Shown: positions 11,809 to 22,350 of the stretch, piece after piece
How the letters are laid out: each line of letters opens with the position of its first letter
How positions within the stretch are numbered: the first letter of the stretch is position 1
Assembly: GCA_004431415.1 (NCBI GenBank)
Contig: QPMI01000258.1
Span: 52,598 to 116,597 of the forward strand
DNA: 64,000 bases
Origin: Cyanophora paradoxa CCMP329
Taxonomy: Eukaryota > Plantae > Glaucophyta
Direction: 5' to 3'
The notes under the pieces: model-generated
Database searches by the model: none
Seen by the model: only the letters and a program-made list of their open reading frames with translations
What the model was told of the DNA's origin: nothing
Made by a program: the position numbers and the translations under genes

Positions 11809-13773
11809 ATGGGCACCGCGATAATTGGGCATGTCTGCCAATGCAAGGCCTCACCTCACTTTGCAGGAGGCTTTGTTGCATCCTGCATTCAAGCTGCAGT
11901 CCAACAGTGGAGAGCGATTGGAGCCAATGATGTCGTGCTCAACTGGATCTTGCGTGGTTTCCCTTTGTCAGGAGCGAGGCGGCTGCCAGCAGAGCGCCGG
12001 GCCAACCACAAGTCTGCGGCTGTGGACCATCAGGACTTTGTGAGAACCGAAATTCAGAAGCTTTTGCGCACGGGAGCGATCAGAGAAGTTGAAGAAGCTC
12101 AAGTGAACATTGTCTGCTCACTGTCCGTGGTGCCCAAGAAGACTGGATCCAAGTTGCGGCTCATCTGGGATGGCCGGCCTACCAATAAAGGCCTTCCGGA
12201 CATCCCCTTCAAGTATGAGACTCTTGAGCATGTTGCAGCCATGCTGCGCCAAGGCTGGTACATGTTCACTATTGACCTTGAATCTGGATACCACCACGTG
12301 CCAGTCTCACCGCAAGACTGGCGGAACATGGGCTTTGAGTTTGACAGCAAATTCTATGTGTACACAGTTTTGCCCTTCGGCCTCAAGCACTCACCGTTTG
12401 CATTCGTCAAGATCATGCGACAAGTGGTCAACTACTTCCGCCGCTTTGGCATCTTCGTGGTGAACTATGTTGACGACTGGTGGTTTGCTGCTCCAACCTA
12501 CGAGAAGGCCTGTGAATTGCGGGATTTCGTCCTCAAAACATTTGCTGCCCTCAAGCTTGTGGTCAACAGCAAATCTGAGCTCACCCCAGCACAGTCGGTG
12601 GCTTTCTTGGGCTTCATAGTGGACTCCGCCCGCATGTTGTTTGAAGTACCCCAAGACAAGCTTGGTCGTCTGCTTGCTTTGATCAAAGGGCTTCTGAAGA
12701 AAAAGAAATCAGCATCTGCACGTGAAATGGCCAAGGTCGCCGGCACCCTTGTGTCCATGGCACGGGGCTTGGCTCCAGCTCGCATCAAGACCAGGTCCCT
12801 CTTTCGATACATCAATGTCGTGGCAAGAGAATGGCATTGGAATCATCCAGTGGAGCTCACCAATGAGACTCGTCGGGAACTTGAGTGGTGGCTGGCCAAC
12901 ATCCACCGATACAATGGCCGCTGCCCTATTCGGCCTGAAAGGCTCCTTGTGTTGACTACGGATGCAAGCCATGTTGGTGCAGGAGCCTGGATCACTACCC
13001 GAATTGGTGATGCTCAACCTGTGGCTTGGGAGCTTGAGCCTGCCCCATTCCAGTGCCTGTGGAACCAAGAAGAAGCTCAGCAAATTTCGTCGTGGCGCGA
13101 GTTAATGGCAGTGCTTCGCGCTATGCAGCACTATCAAGGTTTATTGCGCAATCAGAACATCTTAGTTCGCTCGGACAACACAGTGACTGTGGCCTACATC
13201 AACAATGGTGGCGGAAGACATGAATACCTTTGCCGAGTTGCAGCAGCAATTTGGGATATTGCTCTGCTCAATTGCATCAGCATTGAAGCAGAACACATTC
13301 CTGGTGTTGACAATGAGTGGTCCGATGCTTTGAGTCGCTACTTTTACCCCGCCGACTACTCTTTGAAACCTGGGTATTTTGCCATGGTCAGTCGGACATT
13401 TGGACCTTTTGATATTGATCGTATGGCCTCATCAGCCAACACTCACCTAAATCGATACTTTTCCATTGATTTGAATGATCGACATGCTGAAGGATATGAT
13501 TGCTTTACAGCAACCTGGCGTGGTGCTCGTAATTACGTCTTTCCGGACCCAAATGTCCTCTTGCACCTTGTGTCACATGTCCGCCAGTGTAGGGCCTCGG
13601 CAGTTTTTATTGTCCCTCAGTGGCCCTCAGCTCCATGGTGGCCACAGTTGCAGCTTGCCTTGCGTGCACCTGCAATGGTGCTTGGCCCAGCATATGACGT
13701 GTGCTATCGCGGGCCTCGCTCGGCACAGTTACCTTCCTGGATTCTTGTTGCTCTTTATGTGTCGTGGGAGTAG
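11809..13773 (+). CDS. Reverse transcriptase + RNase H + Dam-like N6-adenine methyltransferase domain (DIRS pol)
   Basis: KLRLIWDGR, IDLESGYHHV, LPFGLKHSP, YVDD, FLGF; RNaseH TDAS..RE..SDN..NEWSDALSR; MTase-like DIDRMASSAN..YFS..DCF..W..NYVFP..PQWPSAPWW. Uninterrupted 654 aa. Confidence 0.95.
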   Translation: MGTAIIGHVCQCKASPHFAGGFVASCIQAAVQQWRAIGANDVVLNWILRGFPLSGARRLPAERRANHKSAAVDHQDFVRTEIQKLLRTGAIREVEEAQVNIVCSLSVVPKKTGSKLRLIWDGRPTNKGLPDIPFKYETLEHVAAMLRQGWYMFTIDLESGYHHVPVSPQDWRNMGFEFDSKFYVYTVLPFGLKHSPFAFVKIMRQVVNYFRRFGIFVVNYVDDWWFAAPTYEKACELRDFVLKTFAALKLVVNSKSELTPAQSVAFLGFIVDSARMLFEVPQDKLGRLLALIKGLLKKKKSASAREMAKVAGTLVSMARGLAPARIKTRSLFRYINVVAREWHWNHPVELTNETRRELEWWLANIHRYNGRCPIRPERLLVLTTDASHVGAGAWITTRIGDAQPVAWELEPAPFQCLWNQEEAQQISSWRELMAVLRAMQHYQGLLRNQNILVRSDNTVTVAYINNGGGRHEYLCRVAAAIWDIALLNCISIEAEHIPGVDNEWSDALSRYFYPADYSLKPGYFAMVSRTFGPFDIDRMASSANTHLNRYFSIDLNDRHAEGYDCFTATWRGARNYVFPDPNVLLHLVSHVRQCRASAVFIVPQWPSAPWWPQLQLALRAPAMVLGPAYDVCYRGPRSAQLPSWILVALYVSWE

Positions 13774-13928
13774 ATTGAAGGCTCTTGCTGCAGAATTCAA
13801 CTCCTGCTCATCTCTGCTCAGCTTACTTTGTCCAGCAACAGGGATAGAAAGCTTGAGTGGGGGCTTTAAAAAGAAGAAGAAGAAATGTAGTCTGACATAC
13901 CCTTGACTCTGGTGATGCAGGTGCTCGT

Positions 13929-14927
13929 ATGGCTGATCTGCTCAACCGGGTCACTTTCTACAGAACAAACTCTGTGAGCGAGCGAACCCAAAGCCTCTAC
14001 GCCCGCTGGGTCGTCCTCTATGAAGGCCATTGCGCGGTTCACTGCATTCCAGCCTGGCCACCAACAGCTTCTGGCGTCGCAACACTGCTGGTGGCTCTTG
14101 CTGATGAAGAGTACGGTCTCTCAGCAATTGACCAGTGTCACTCTGCTCTGCTACATCAGACAAGGCAGAGGATGTTGCCTACTACTGCATTTGCTCACCC
14201 CTTGTGCTGCAAACATTGCAAGGAATCGCCCGACTTTGTGGAAAACCAGCAAAGCAATCTGCATTGGTCACGTCCGTCCACCTGGAGGCGATTGCTCGTA
14301 CCTACGCTCGTTCCCCTCAAACAAGCTCCTTCGCGCCCTTGTGATGTTGCTTACCGGTTTCTTTGGCCTGTTGCGGCGTGGCGAAATCGTGGCACTCCGG
14401 CGGCAAGATGTGTCCATCCGCGCGGATCGCGTCGTGCTCTTCATTGCCGGTTCCAAGACCGATCGTCGTCGCCAAGGCGCGCAAGTTGTCTTGGGCGCCG
14501 TCCAGAGTCGGTCATCTGTCCGGTGTTCTGGTTTCGAACCTACTTGCGGACTCTAGCGCTCGCGGATCCGGGCGCACCTCTTTTTGGGCAGCTTCGGGAC
14601 GCAGCTCGTTCTCTGTCAGCTCAGACCGTGGCCTATGTTCTCCGGTTCGCATTTGACGCGGCGGGCTTGGACGCCACTGGTATCACACCTCATGGCTTGC
14701 GTCGCGGTGGAGCTACTGCTCTGGCTGCTGCGGGCGTGCCTGAAGAGCTTGTTCAAGCGGTTGGTCGCTGGTCTTTGTTGTCAGCGGTCTACCGACGCTA
14801 TATCGATTCTGCTGAGCGCCCGCCCTTGGCTGCGCTCATGGCTAGGCCTGGTGCTCGTTACGCTGGCCCGTCAGCTTCGCTGCAGTCATGTCGGCAGCAA
14901 GTCGCGCGTACTCGGCGCAGTAGTTGA
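13929..14927 (+). pseudogene. Tyrosine recombinase of the DIRS element; true reading passes through three frameshifts (about 14203, 14316, 14495)
   Basis: SAM-like N-terminus in frame A, LQGIAR..KQSALVTSVHLEAI in frame B, LLTGFFGLLRRGEI..SKTD..G in frame C, then CPV..HGLRRGGATA..GRW..RYI back in frame A. Confidence 0.85.
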
Positions 14928-15368
14928 TTGTCTAGTCTTAGAGTCTTGCTTCGCAGTTGTGCGCCTTTGCTGTGCTGTCGGCGCTTGTCTCCCTCGCTCA
15001 CAAGCGAGGGCAAGCTGTGTAACTTGCTGAGCGGCTTGTTCCCTAGCCGCTCGAGCGGCTTTGCTTAGCCGCTTTCAATGTGTGTTAGCAATGCCCATTG
15101 TTTACTATGCCTTCAGTCATCTTTAAGCCATTGTTAGTGCCAACCATTGATATCTTTTGATGAATAATTGATCAACAATTGATCACTAATGTTCAATCAT
15201 TCTACGTCCGCAAGACTCACTCTGCAGCGTGCGCTAGCTGATGTCCTCGAGCGCAGTTGCAGCTTGCCCTTCTTGTGAGCGAGCGAGTCATGATCTTAGC
15301 TTCGCGGCTTTGGCAAGCGCGAATCTAGACCTTCACTTCATGACAAGACATGTTGTGCTTAGCTTGCT

Positions 15369-15396
15369 GTAAGCAAGGCTGCCGTGGCAGCCATAC
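15369..15396. repeat. Right terminal inverted repeat (hairpin GGCTGCC-GT-GGCAGCC)
   Basis: Inverted match to 11617-11649. Confidence 0.85.
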
Positions 15397-15790
15397 GACT
15401 AGCTACTGATTGACGACTACATACAATTCTAGCTGGGATTTTTGGCGAACGCGGTGAACAAAAAGCGTGCAGATAGCGACAAAAAGGCTAGGAATACTGC
15501 CCAAGTTACAATTCTGGACATACACAATAGGGATAGGACCAACCGAGAAATAGAGCACGCTGTCGTCTAACATAGGGGGCCCGGCCGGGCTGCAACAAGC
15601 ATTTGGCGGACGTTTTCTCTGCACAAATGGGGGGCACTGAGGGGGCGCGCCGGCCACTACTCGACCGACCTGGAGAAGTACCCTGCGCGCATCCGAGTCG
15701 GCGGAGCGGGTCGCGAGGTGCGGGGCTCGGGCGGGCACCGGGGAAGCGCTTGGAGACGGGGGGCGAGGGGGCGTCCCCCGCCCGGTCGCG

Positions 15791-18033
15791 TCAGATGGGC
15801 TTGGTGCCGACGACGACGCTCCAGAAGCCGGTGGTGGGGCGGACGTCGACGTCCTGGAAGCCGGCCGCCTCCATCATCGCCACCAGCGTCCCCCGCATGT
15901 ACTGCTGCCCGTCCGTCCACTGCCCCCGCCCCGCCCCTCCCGTCAGCCGGCCCGGCCGCAGGCACGGGGGGGCGGAGCGTGGGAGGGGGCACGAAGAGCA
16001 TGTCGATGGAGACCATGGCGTTCTCCACCGGCGAGGCGTCTCCGTCGCTCACCAGCTGCCCGCCCCGCCCCCGCTCAGCCCCCCCGCCCCAGCCCTCCAG
16101 CGCGGGGCCGGCGGGAGGCGGGACCTTCTCGACGACGAGGCAGGCGCCGCCGGGCGGCAGTGCCTCGAAGGCCTTGCTGAGCAGCTCGGCGCCCTTCTCG
16201 TAGGGCCAGTCGTGCAGGATCTGCCCCGCGCAGCCGCCTCAGCGGGGCCGGCGCGCGGATGGCCCCGCCGGCCGGGGGGGGGGCGCGCCTGCGAGTAGAG
16301 GATGCAGTCGACGTCGGAGGGGTAGGGGTCGCTGCGGAGGGTCAGCGGGGCGGGGGGCGGGGGCGGGGGGAGGGCGGGGGGCGGGGCGCACGTGAACATG
16401 TTGCCGGCGACGGTGGTGGCGCGCCCGCGGAAGCCCGCCTCGTCGAAGAAGCCCAGCGCCACCTGCCCGCGGAGAGGAGCTGAGGCCAGGGCGCGCGGCG
16501 AGGGGCCGGGGCCGCGGCTGCGGGCGGGGGGCGGGGGGCGGGGGAGGGCGCGCCTCGCAGACGTGGGGGAGGTCCATGACGATGCCCCGCCCGAGGTCCG
16601 GGTGGCGCTGGAGGGCGGCGATGACGTAGGCGCCGGAGCCGCCGCCGACGTCGAGCAGCGTCCCGTGCTTCGAGAAGTCGTACGTCTGCGCCAGCGCGAT
16701 CGCCGGCCGCGCGCTGCCCTCCCCGCGTCAGGCGGGGCGGGCGGGGAGCGGGGCGGGGCGGGGAGGGCGGGGGCGCCTGATGGAGTGCATGGCGAGGGTG
16801 AAGGACTTGGCCTGCGCGGCGTTCTCCTCGTGCTCCTTCCACACGTCCTTGTCCTGCCCGTACACCCCCTGCCGCCCGCTCCTCATGCTCTCGTGCCCCC
16901 CGCAGGTCAGGGGCGGCAGCCGCGGCCGGCGCGGCGCGCGCGCGAGGGAGCGGGCGCTGGCGATGGGAAGGATATGAGGAGGGAGTGGGGGGTGATGAAG
17001 TGGTCGAACTCCATGGCGATGAGGCCGCCGAGGTAGAACGGCTCCCCCGGCACCAGGTACAGCGCCTGCCCCCGCGTGAGGCGGCGCCCCGTGGCGCCGG
17101 GGCGGGGTCGGCGGGGGCACCGCGGCGTCGGTGAGGCTGTAGCGGGCGACGGGGCCCGTGCCGGGCGAGGGCGGGCCCCCGGTCGGCGTCCGCGACTTGG
17201 CCTGCCCCGCCGCCCCCGCCGGGGCCCCGGGGGCGGGGGCGCCGATGGCGGAGGCGGACTTGGGCTTCGGGGGCGTGTTGTGGGGCGACGCGGCCGGCGT
17301 CTTCGAGTCGCCTTCGTGGGCCGCGGCCGGGGTGGGGGCGGCGTCGGGGGTCGGGGTGGAGGATTGGGGGTGGGGCGGGGCCGGGGCGGCGGGGGCGGTC
17401 TTGGAGACGATGGAGGAGAGGGCGGGGACCTTGGCGGCGACGGAGCGGATGTCGGCGATGAGGGCGCCCACCTTGGCCGAGACCTGCTCCTCCGCCGACG
17501 ACCCGATGACCCGCACCAGGCCCATCGCCCGCAGGCCCAGCACGAACGCCTCCGCCCCCCGCTTGCTCAGGTCGTACTTCTTGCACAGGTCGTGCACCGA
17601 CACCCCGTTCGCGCCCTTCGACTGGATGTACTTGAACACGCTGCGCGCCGCAATCAGCCGGCGCCCGCTGCGCAGCTGCGCCCCCATCCCATCGCTGCCC
17701 GTGCGGCCCGGGGTTTATTGAGGGTTCGGCGGCGGGAGAGGCCGTGAGCGCGGCCAACTCCGCCGTACTGGCGGCCGGCTAGAGGTTCTGCGCGCCGCGG
17801 GGCGCGGGGCGCGGGGTGCTGCGTGCGCACTCGAGTTTCACTGCGACGGTGAGCACGGCACTGCGACGATAAGACGAAACGACGAAGGTGAGTCGGCGAG
17901 GAGAGTCGCACGTACGCCACCCATGGGGCGCGAACCTCCGTCGGTTGGCGATGTAGCTGCTATAAATTGACGTGTCTTGGAGCTCAGGAAGCTCCAGGTT
18001 GGCGTCGCGCCGCGACGCGGTTGTGTTTCCCAT
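15791..18033 (-). CDS. SAM-dependent O-methyltransferase (Methyltransf_2, ASMT/COMT-like)
   Basis: SAVLTVAVKL dimerisation helix, RYSLTDAA-LYLVPG, FTLAMHS, LLDVGGGSG, VMDLPHV, AGNMF, ILHDW, LPPGG..VVE, AAGF. Confidence 0.9.
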
Positions 18034-18234
18034 GTATTATACGCGATGCTCGATAATCAGCGATGATCGCCGCTCCGAAGCGCTATTAGCGCTTGACAAT
18101 TCCGCGCCAGACTTCACGGGCGCCCTCTTGGTTGGCACCAGGGTTCCGGCACGACGGTACCCCCCTCGTTGGCCTTCGCAAAATTCAGCTTCCGGAGTTA
18201 AGCAGGACAATGAGGATTGAGGGATGAGGCCTAG

Positions 18235-19940
18235 CTATGGCCCATGGGAGGATTCAGGCTGAGAGAGGGCGGCGTCGGGGGAGCAGGCGGGGCCACTAGC
18301 GATCGGGGAAGGTGAGGGGCCGAGGTCGGGGGCGGGGTCGATGTTGTCTGGGGGCTGGAGGCGGGCGAGGAGGGCGGCGGCGGCGTGCACGGCGAGGCGG
18401 ACGCCGCAGAAGATGGGGCCGGCGAGGGGCCCGCACGCCAGGTACCGGGGGAGGCTCTCACGCAGGCTCGGGGGCGGGCGGGCGGCGAGGCGGCGGTAGA
18501 CGCGCTCGGTGCGGGCGGCGATGCGGGGCCAGGAGTAGAGGCGGGCGAGGGCGGCGTGGGCGGCGGCGCGGGCGGCGGCGGCGGGGCGGGGCCGGTGGAG
18601 GGCGGCGAGGAGGGCGTCGGCGAGGGGCCGGGGGGCGGGGGGCGCGAGGGCGGCGAGGGCCGGGGGCAGGACCTCGGGGAGGCCCCCGACGTCGGTGGAA
18701 ACGACGAAGAGGCCGCAGGCGGCGGCCTCGACGACGGCGATGCAGAAGGCCTCCGTGAGGGACGCGTTGAGGAAGACGTCGCCCCGCACCAGCAGCTCCC
18801 GCACCCGGCTGTGCGCCACGGGCCCCAGCAGCTCCACGCGCCCCTCCAGCTCGTGCCGCTCCCGCATCTCCTCCAGCGCCACCCGCCGCGGCCCGTCGCC
18901 CCCTGCCCGCCCCGCGCCGCGCCGCCTCAGCTCGGCCCCTCGCTCCCTCGCGCGGGGGCAGCGGGCACCGATGAGGAAGCGGACGCCGGGGAGGCGGCGG
19001 CAGACGTCGGGGATGACGCGCGCCAGCAGGTCCGTCCCCTTCCGCACCGTCATCCGGCTCAGCACCACCACCGTCCCTAGCCCCGCCCCGCTCAGGGCCC
19101 TCCGGAGGGCCGGCGGGGCGGCAGCGGCGGGGCGGGGCGCGCACTGCGCTCGGGGTCGTCGGGGCGGGGGGCGGGGTCCGGGGCGAAGGCGGCGGCGTCG
19201 ATGGCGTTGGGGATGACCGAGACGTCCCGCGGGTCCACGTGGCCCCTCAGGACCGTGTTCTCCTTGCTGCCCCGCCCAGCTCGCAGGGGCGGCGCGACGC
19301 GCGGCCGGCCAGGGCGGGGAGGGGCGCGCCTGGTGTGGGAGACGCAGATGACGTGGTCGACGTCGGAGAGCGTGAACTTAAGGACCTTGTTGATGTGGAT
19401 GCTCCCGACGTCCCCGAAGCCCGTCAGCGAGTGGTCCGTGAAGACCGTCCGGTAGCCCAGCACCCGCGCGTGCAGCAGCGCCTCGTTGCACATCGTCGAG
19501 AACGCCTGCTCCGAGCACGCGGTCAGGCGCCTGCCCGCACCCACGGCCCGGCCCACGCCTCGGCCCGCGCGGCCGCCCACTCGCCTGGTGGCCATGCACG
19601 ATATCGATGCGCTCGCGGATGAGGATCGTGCGGAAGAGCGGCAGGAAGGTGAAGATCGTGGGGAAGCTATTCTGGTTGTAGTACGTGGCCAGCGGCGCGT
19701 AGTAGACCTTCAGCCCGTTTGTCATGTACCGAACACCGTGCCGCTCGCCGTACGCGTGCGTGACCACCACAACCTGCACGCATCGTTCAGCTGCGGCACG
19801 CGCGGATCGGCTTGCGCGCAGGCGCCGCTCGCCTTGTGGCCGCGCTGAATCAAACATTGCGCGAGCTGGTAGAGGTGGCTCTCGACGCCGCCAACGTTCG
19901 GGTAGAAGAAATCCGACACGAAGCAGACCCGGAAGCGCAT
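18235..19940 (-). CDS. PIGA: Phosphatidylinositol N-acetylglucosaminyltransferase subunit A (GPI anchor biosynthesis)
   Basis: [96 protein letters not shown]. Confidence 0.97.
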
Positions 19941-20106
19941 AGAGCGCGAGCTCCGGCAAGAGGTGGGAAGAGACGCAGTACCCCAGACACCTGGCGGAGT
20001 CCAGGCGGACTAGGGACAAAAAAGGCAAGGCGCAACTGCCGCGTACGACTGAGGAACAGCACCAGCTACAGCAAACTCGTGAGTACGAGAGCCTCGAGTC
20101 GTGCAT

Positions 20107-21857
20107 ATGCAAACCGCCTTCCTGGGGCCGCCCGCGCCGCTCCCGAAAGCACAAGGCCACGTATGCATCAACCAAGCTGCAAAGTCGACACGAGCTCTGT
20201 CCTCCTCGGGCCTGCCGCGAAGAGTCGTTCGTGGGAGCAATCTCAAGAGGCAAGTCGGCAGCGGCCTGCGCGTCTTCAGTGGCCAGCGACCTCAGCACGC
20301 ATTCGCCGCCCTCCCTGCATTCCAATTCAGTGTCGTGGCTTGGCAGCCCGGTCGCGAGGACGTATACAAGCGTGCAACGGAGGGAGGGGACGAGCAGGAT
20401 GTGGATCTCTACGTCGACCCAGCGCTAATTGAGATTGGACCACGCATCGGTGCGTACCTGTTCGAACTGCACACGGCCGGAGCGCTTTCTTACCCATTCG
20501 GCGACAGGCGGCGGGGGCTTCGGCGAGGTCTTCCTCGCGCGGCAGCTTGCAGTGTCTGAAATGCAGAGCCGCGGGATCCGACAACAGCTGGATGCGTCAG
20601 CGCCAGCGGACACGAGCCCGAGGAGCGAGGCGGATCTCGAGGCATGGCTCGACGAAGTCCCCGGGGCGCGCCCGATGATCATGAAGAAGATGCTGGACAC
20701 GCCGGCCTCGCGGACCTTCGCCGAGGCGGAGCTCGCGGCGAACGCCAAGCTCGTGCGGCTCGGCTCGCCGCACGTCGCGCGCTTCCTGGGGAGCTACGCG
20801 GCGCCCGGCGGCGACCTCTGCATGCTCTTCGACTTTGAAGGCCTCGCCACCCTCCAGGTGCCGCCCCGCCGCCCCTCCCCATCCGCCCCTCGACGCGACC
20901 GCTCCCGGCGGCGCAGCGGGCGTTCGCGGATCGGAACGCGGTGACTCTGCTGGGGCCGATGCTGGGGACGGCGGGCCGGCTGGCGACGATGCGTGGCGCG
21001 CTGCGGGAGCTGCTGCGGGGGGTGGGGACGCTGCACGCCGCCGGCGTCGTGCACCGGGACATCAAGCCGGCCAACATCCTCCTCGGCCGCGACGGCCACC
21101 TCAAGGTGCCCACCTGCCCACCTGCCGGCCCGCCGGCCCGCCGGCCGGCGCAGCGGGGCAGGGGCTGAGGGGGCGGGGCCGGCGGCAGCTGATCGACCTC
21201 GGGGCGGCGGTGGACGTGTCGCGCTTCGTCGCGGAGCACGGCGCCGGCTCTCCGGCCGCCTCCCCCTCCAGCCCGCCCTCCGCCGGCGGCGAGGAGGAGC
21301 GCTGGGCCGGCTGCTCGCTCGCTCCCAAGTGCCCGTACGAGTGCCCGAACAAGCGGGCGCTGGAGGAGGCGGCGCTGGGCGACGGGGCGCCTCGCACGCG
21401 CCGGGACGCCCTCGCGGCCTGCCTCCGCGGCTCGGGCGACCGCCGCTACACCTGCCCCGAGGCCTGGGTCGACATGCGCCACCCCTACGCCTTCGGTGAG
21501 CCCGCCTCGAACACCCCCGGCGGGCGCCGCCGCCCTGACGCCGCCGCCACGCGCGCAGACGTGTACGCGGTGGGCGTGATCGCGCTGCAGCTCTCGGTGC
21601 CGGGCCTGATGGAGAACTCGGCGATGGTCGAGGCGATGCGGTGCCTGCGGCGCTGCGGGTACGACGCCGAGCGGTGGGCGGCGGGGCCCGTGCCGGGGGA
21701 GGGCCTCCCCGAGGGCTCCCTCCCCTTCCTGCGGGCCCTCCGCGAGGAGGCGGGCGGGGCCGCCTGGGACCTCCTGCGCGGCCTCCTCACCCGCGACCCC
21801 GCCCTCCGCATCTCCGCGCCCGACGCCCTCGCCCACCCCTGGCTCGCCGGCCCATGA
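20107..21857 (+). CDS. Ser/Thr protein kinase, STN7/STN8/STT7-like, putative plastid transit peptide
   Basis: GGGGFGEVF, HAAGVVHRDIKPANIL, LIDLGAAVD (DLG as in the STN7 family), FDVYAVGVIALQL, GAAWDLLRGLL..RISAPDALAHPW. N-terminus MQTAFL. Confidence 0.8.
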
Positions 21858-22350
21858 CCCCAGGCCCTGACGGCCGACGGCCCCGCCCCGGAGCAGGCTG
21901 CCAGCAATCGCATCCACGCGCGCGCCGCCTTCTTATAGTCGCCGAATTCGTGCAATGAAGATTGCGTAATTCTTTCTAGCATAGCCTAGTACGGTAGATC
22001 ACTTGCATGCGCAATTATTTTCAAGTTTTCAGTTTCAAGAGCTTAAGACTCTGAGAGGAATTTCAGTCTGCGAGCTGAGCCTCGGAGCGCTGTGCCGCAG
22101 TAGTAGTGCAGCACTGCAGCACCGCCTTCAATCTTCAATGCCTTCAAGATGCAGGGTCACTGAGTCAGGAGCCGCCGGCGCCAGATCATGACCAGCAGTA
22201 TTTCAGCAGCTGGCGGCGATGTAGATTCGTTCCGAGTGATCATGAGATTTCAACGTTTCTTTCCGGCCTGGCAGTGGCTAGACCGGTGTATGTCCGTTTC
22301 CGGTTGCGGTTCAATTCTCTCTATACAGGAGGCCGTCACTGGGGGGGACG

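Larger units (their letters stand above)
11617..15396 (+). mobile_element. DIRS-like tyrosine-recombinase retrotransposon with terminal inverted repeats
   Basis: Intronless island with much lower GC than the host, carrying an RT-RNaseH-MTase ORF and a YR ORF. Ends are inverted copies: GTATGGCTGCCA..GGCAGCCTTGCTTAC at left and GTAAGCAAGGCTGCC..GGCAGCCATAC at right. Confidence 0.9.

Noticed and set aside
11809-14927. RT next to a structured RNA and a recombinase, suggestive of a retron, DGR or bacterial contaminant
   Set aside because: The RT-RNaseH-MTase fusion plus YR with terminal repeats is diagnostic of DIRS-class retrotransposons, and the flanks are continuous eukaryotic genes.
15400-15600. 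AT-richer stretch beyond the right ITR, considered as an extension of the element
   Set aside because: It has no match to the left end and is more simply the 3' UTR or intergenic region of the convergent methyltransferase gene.
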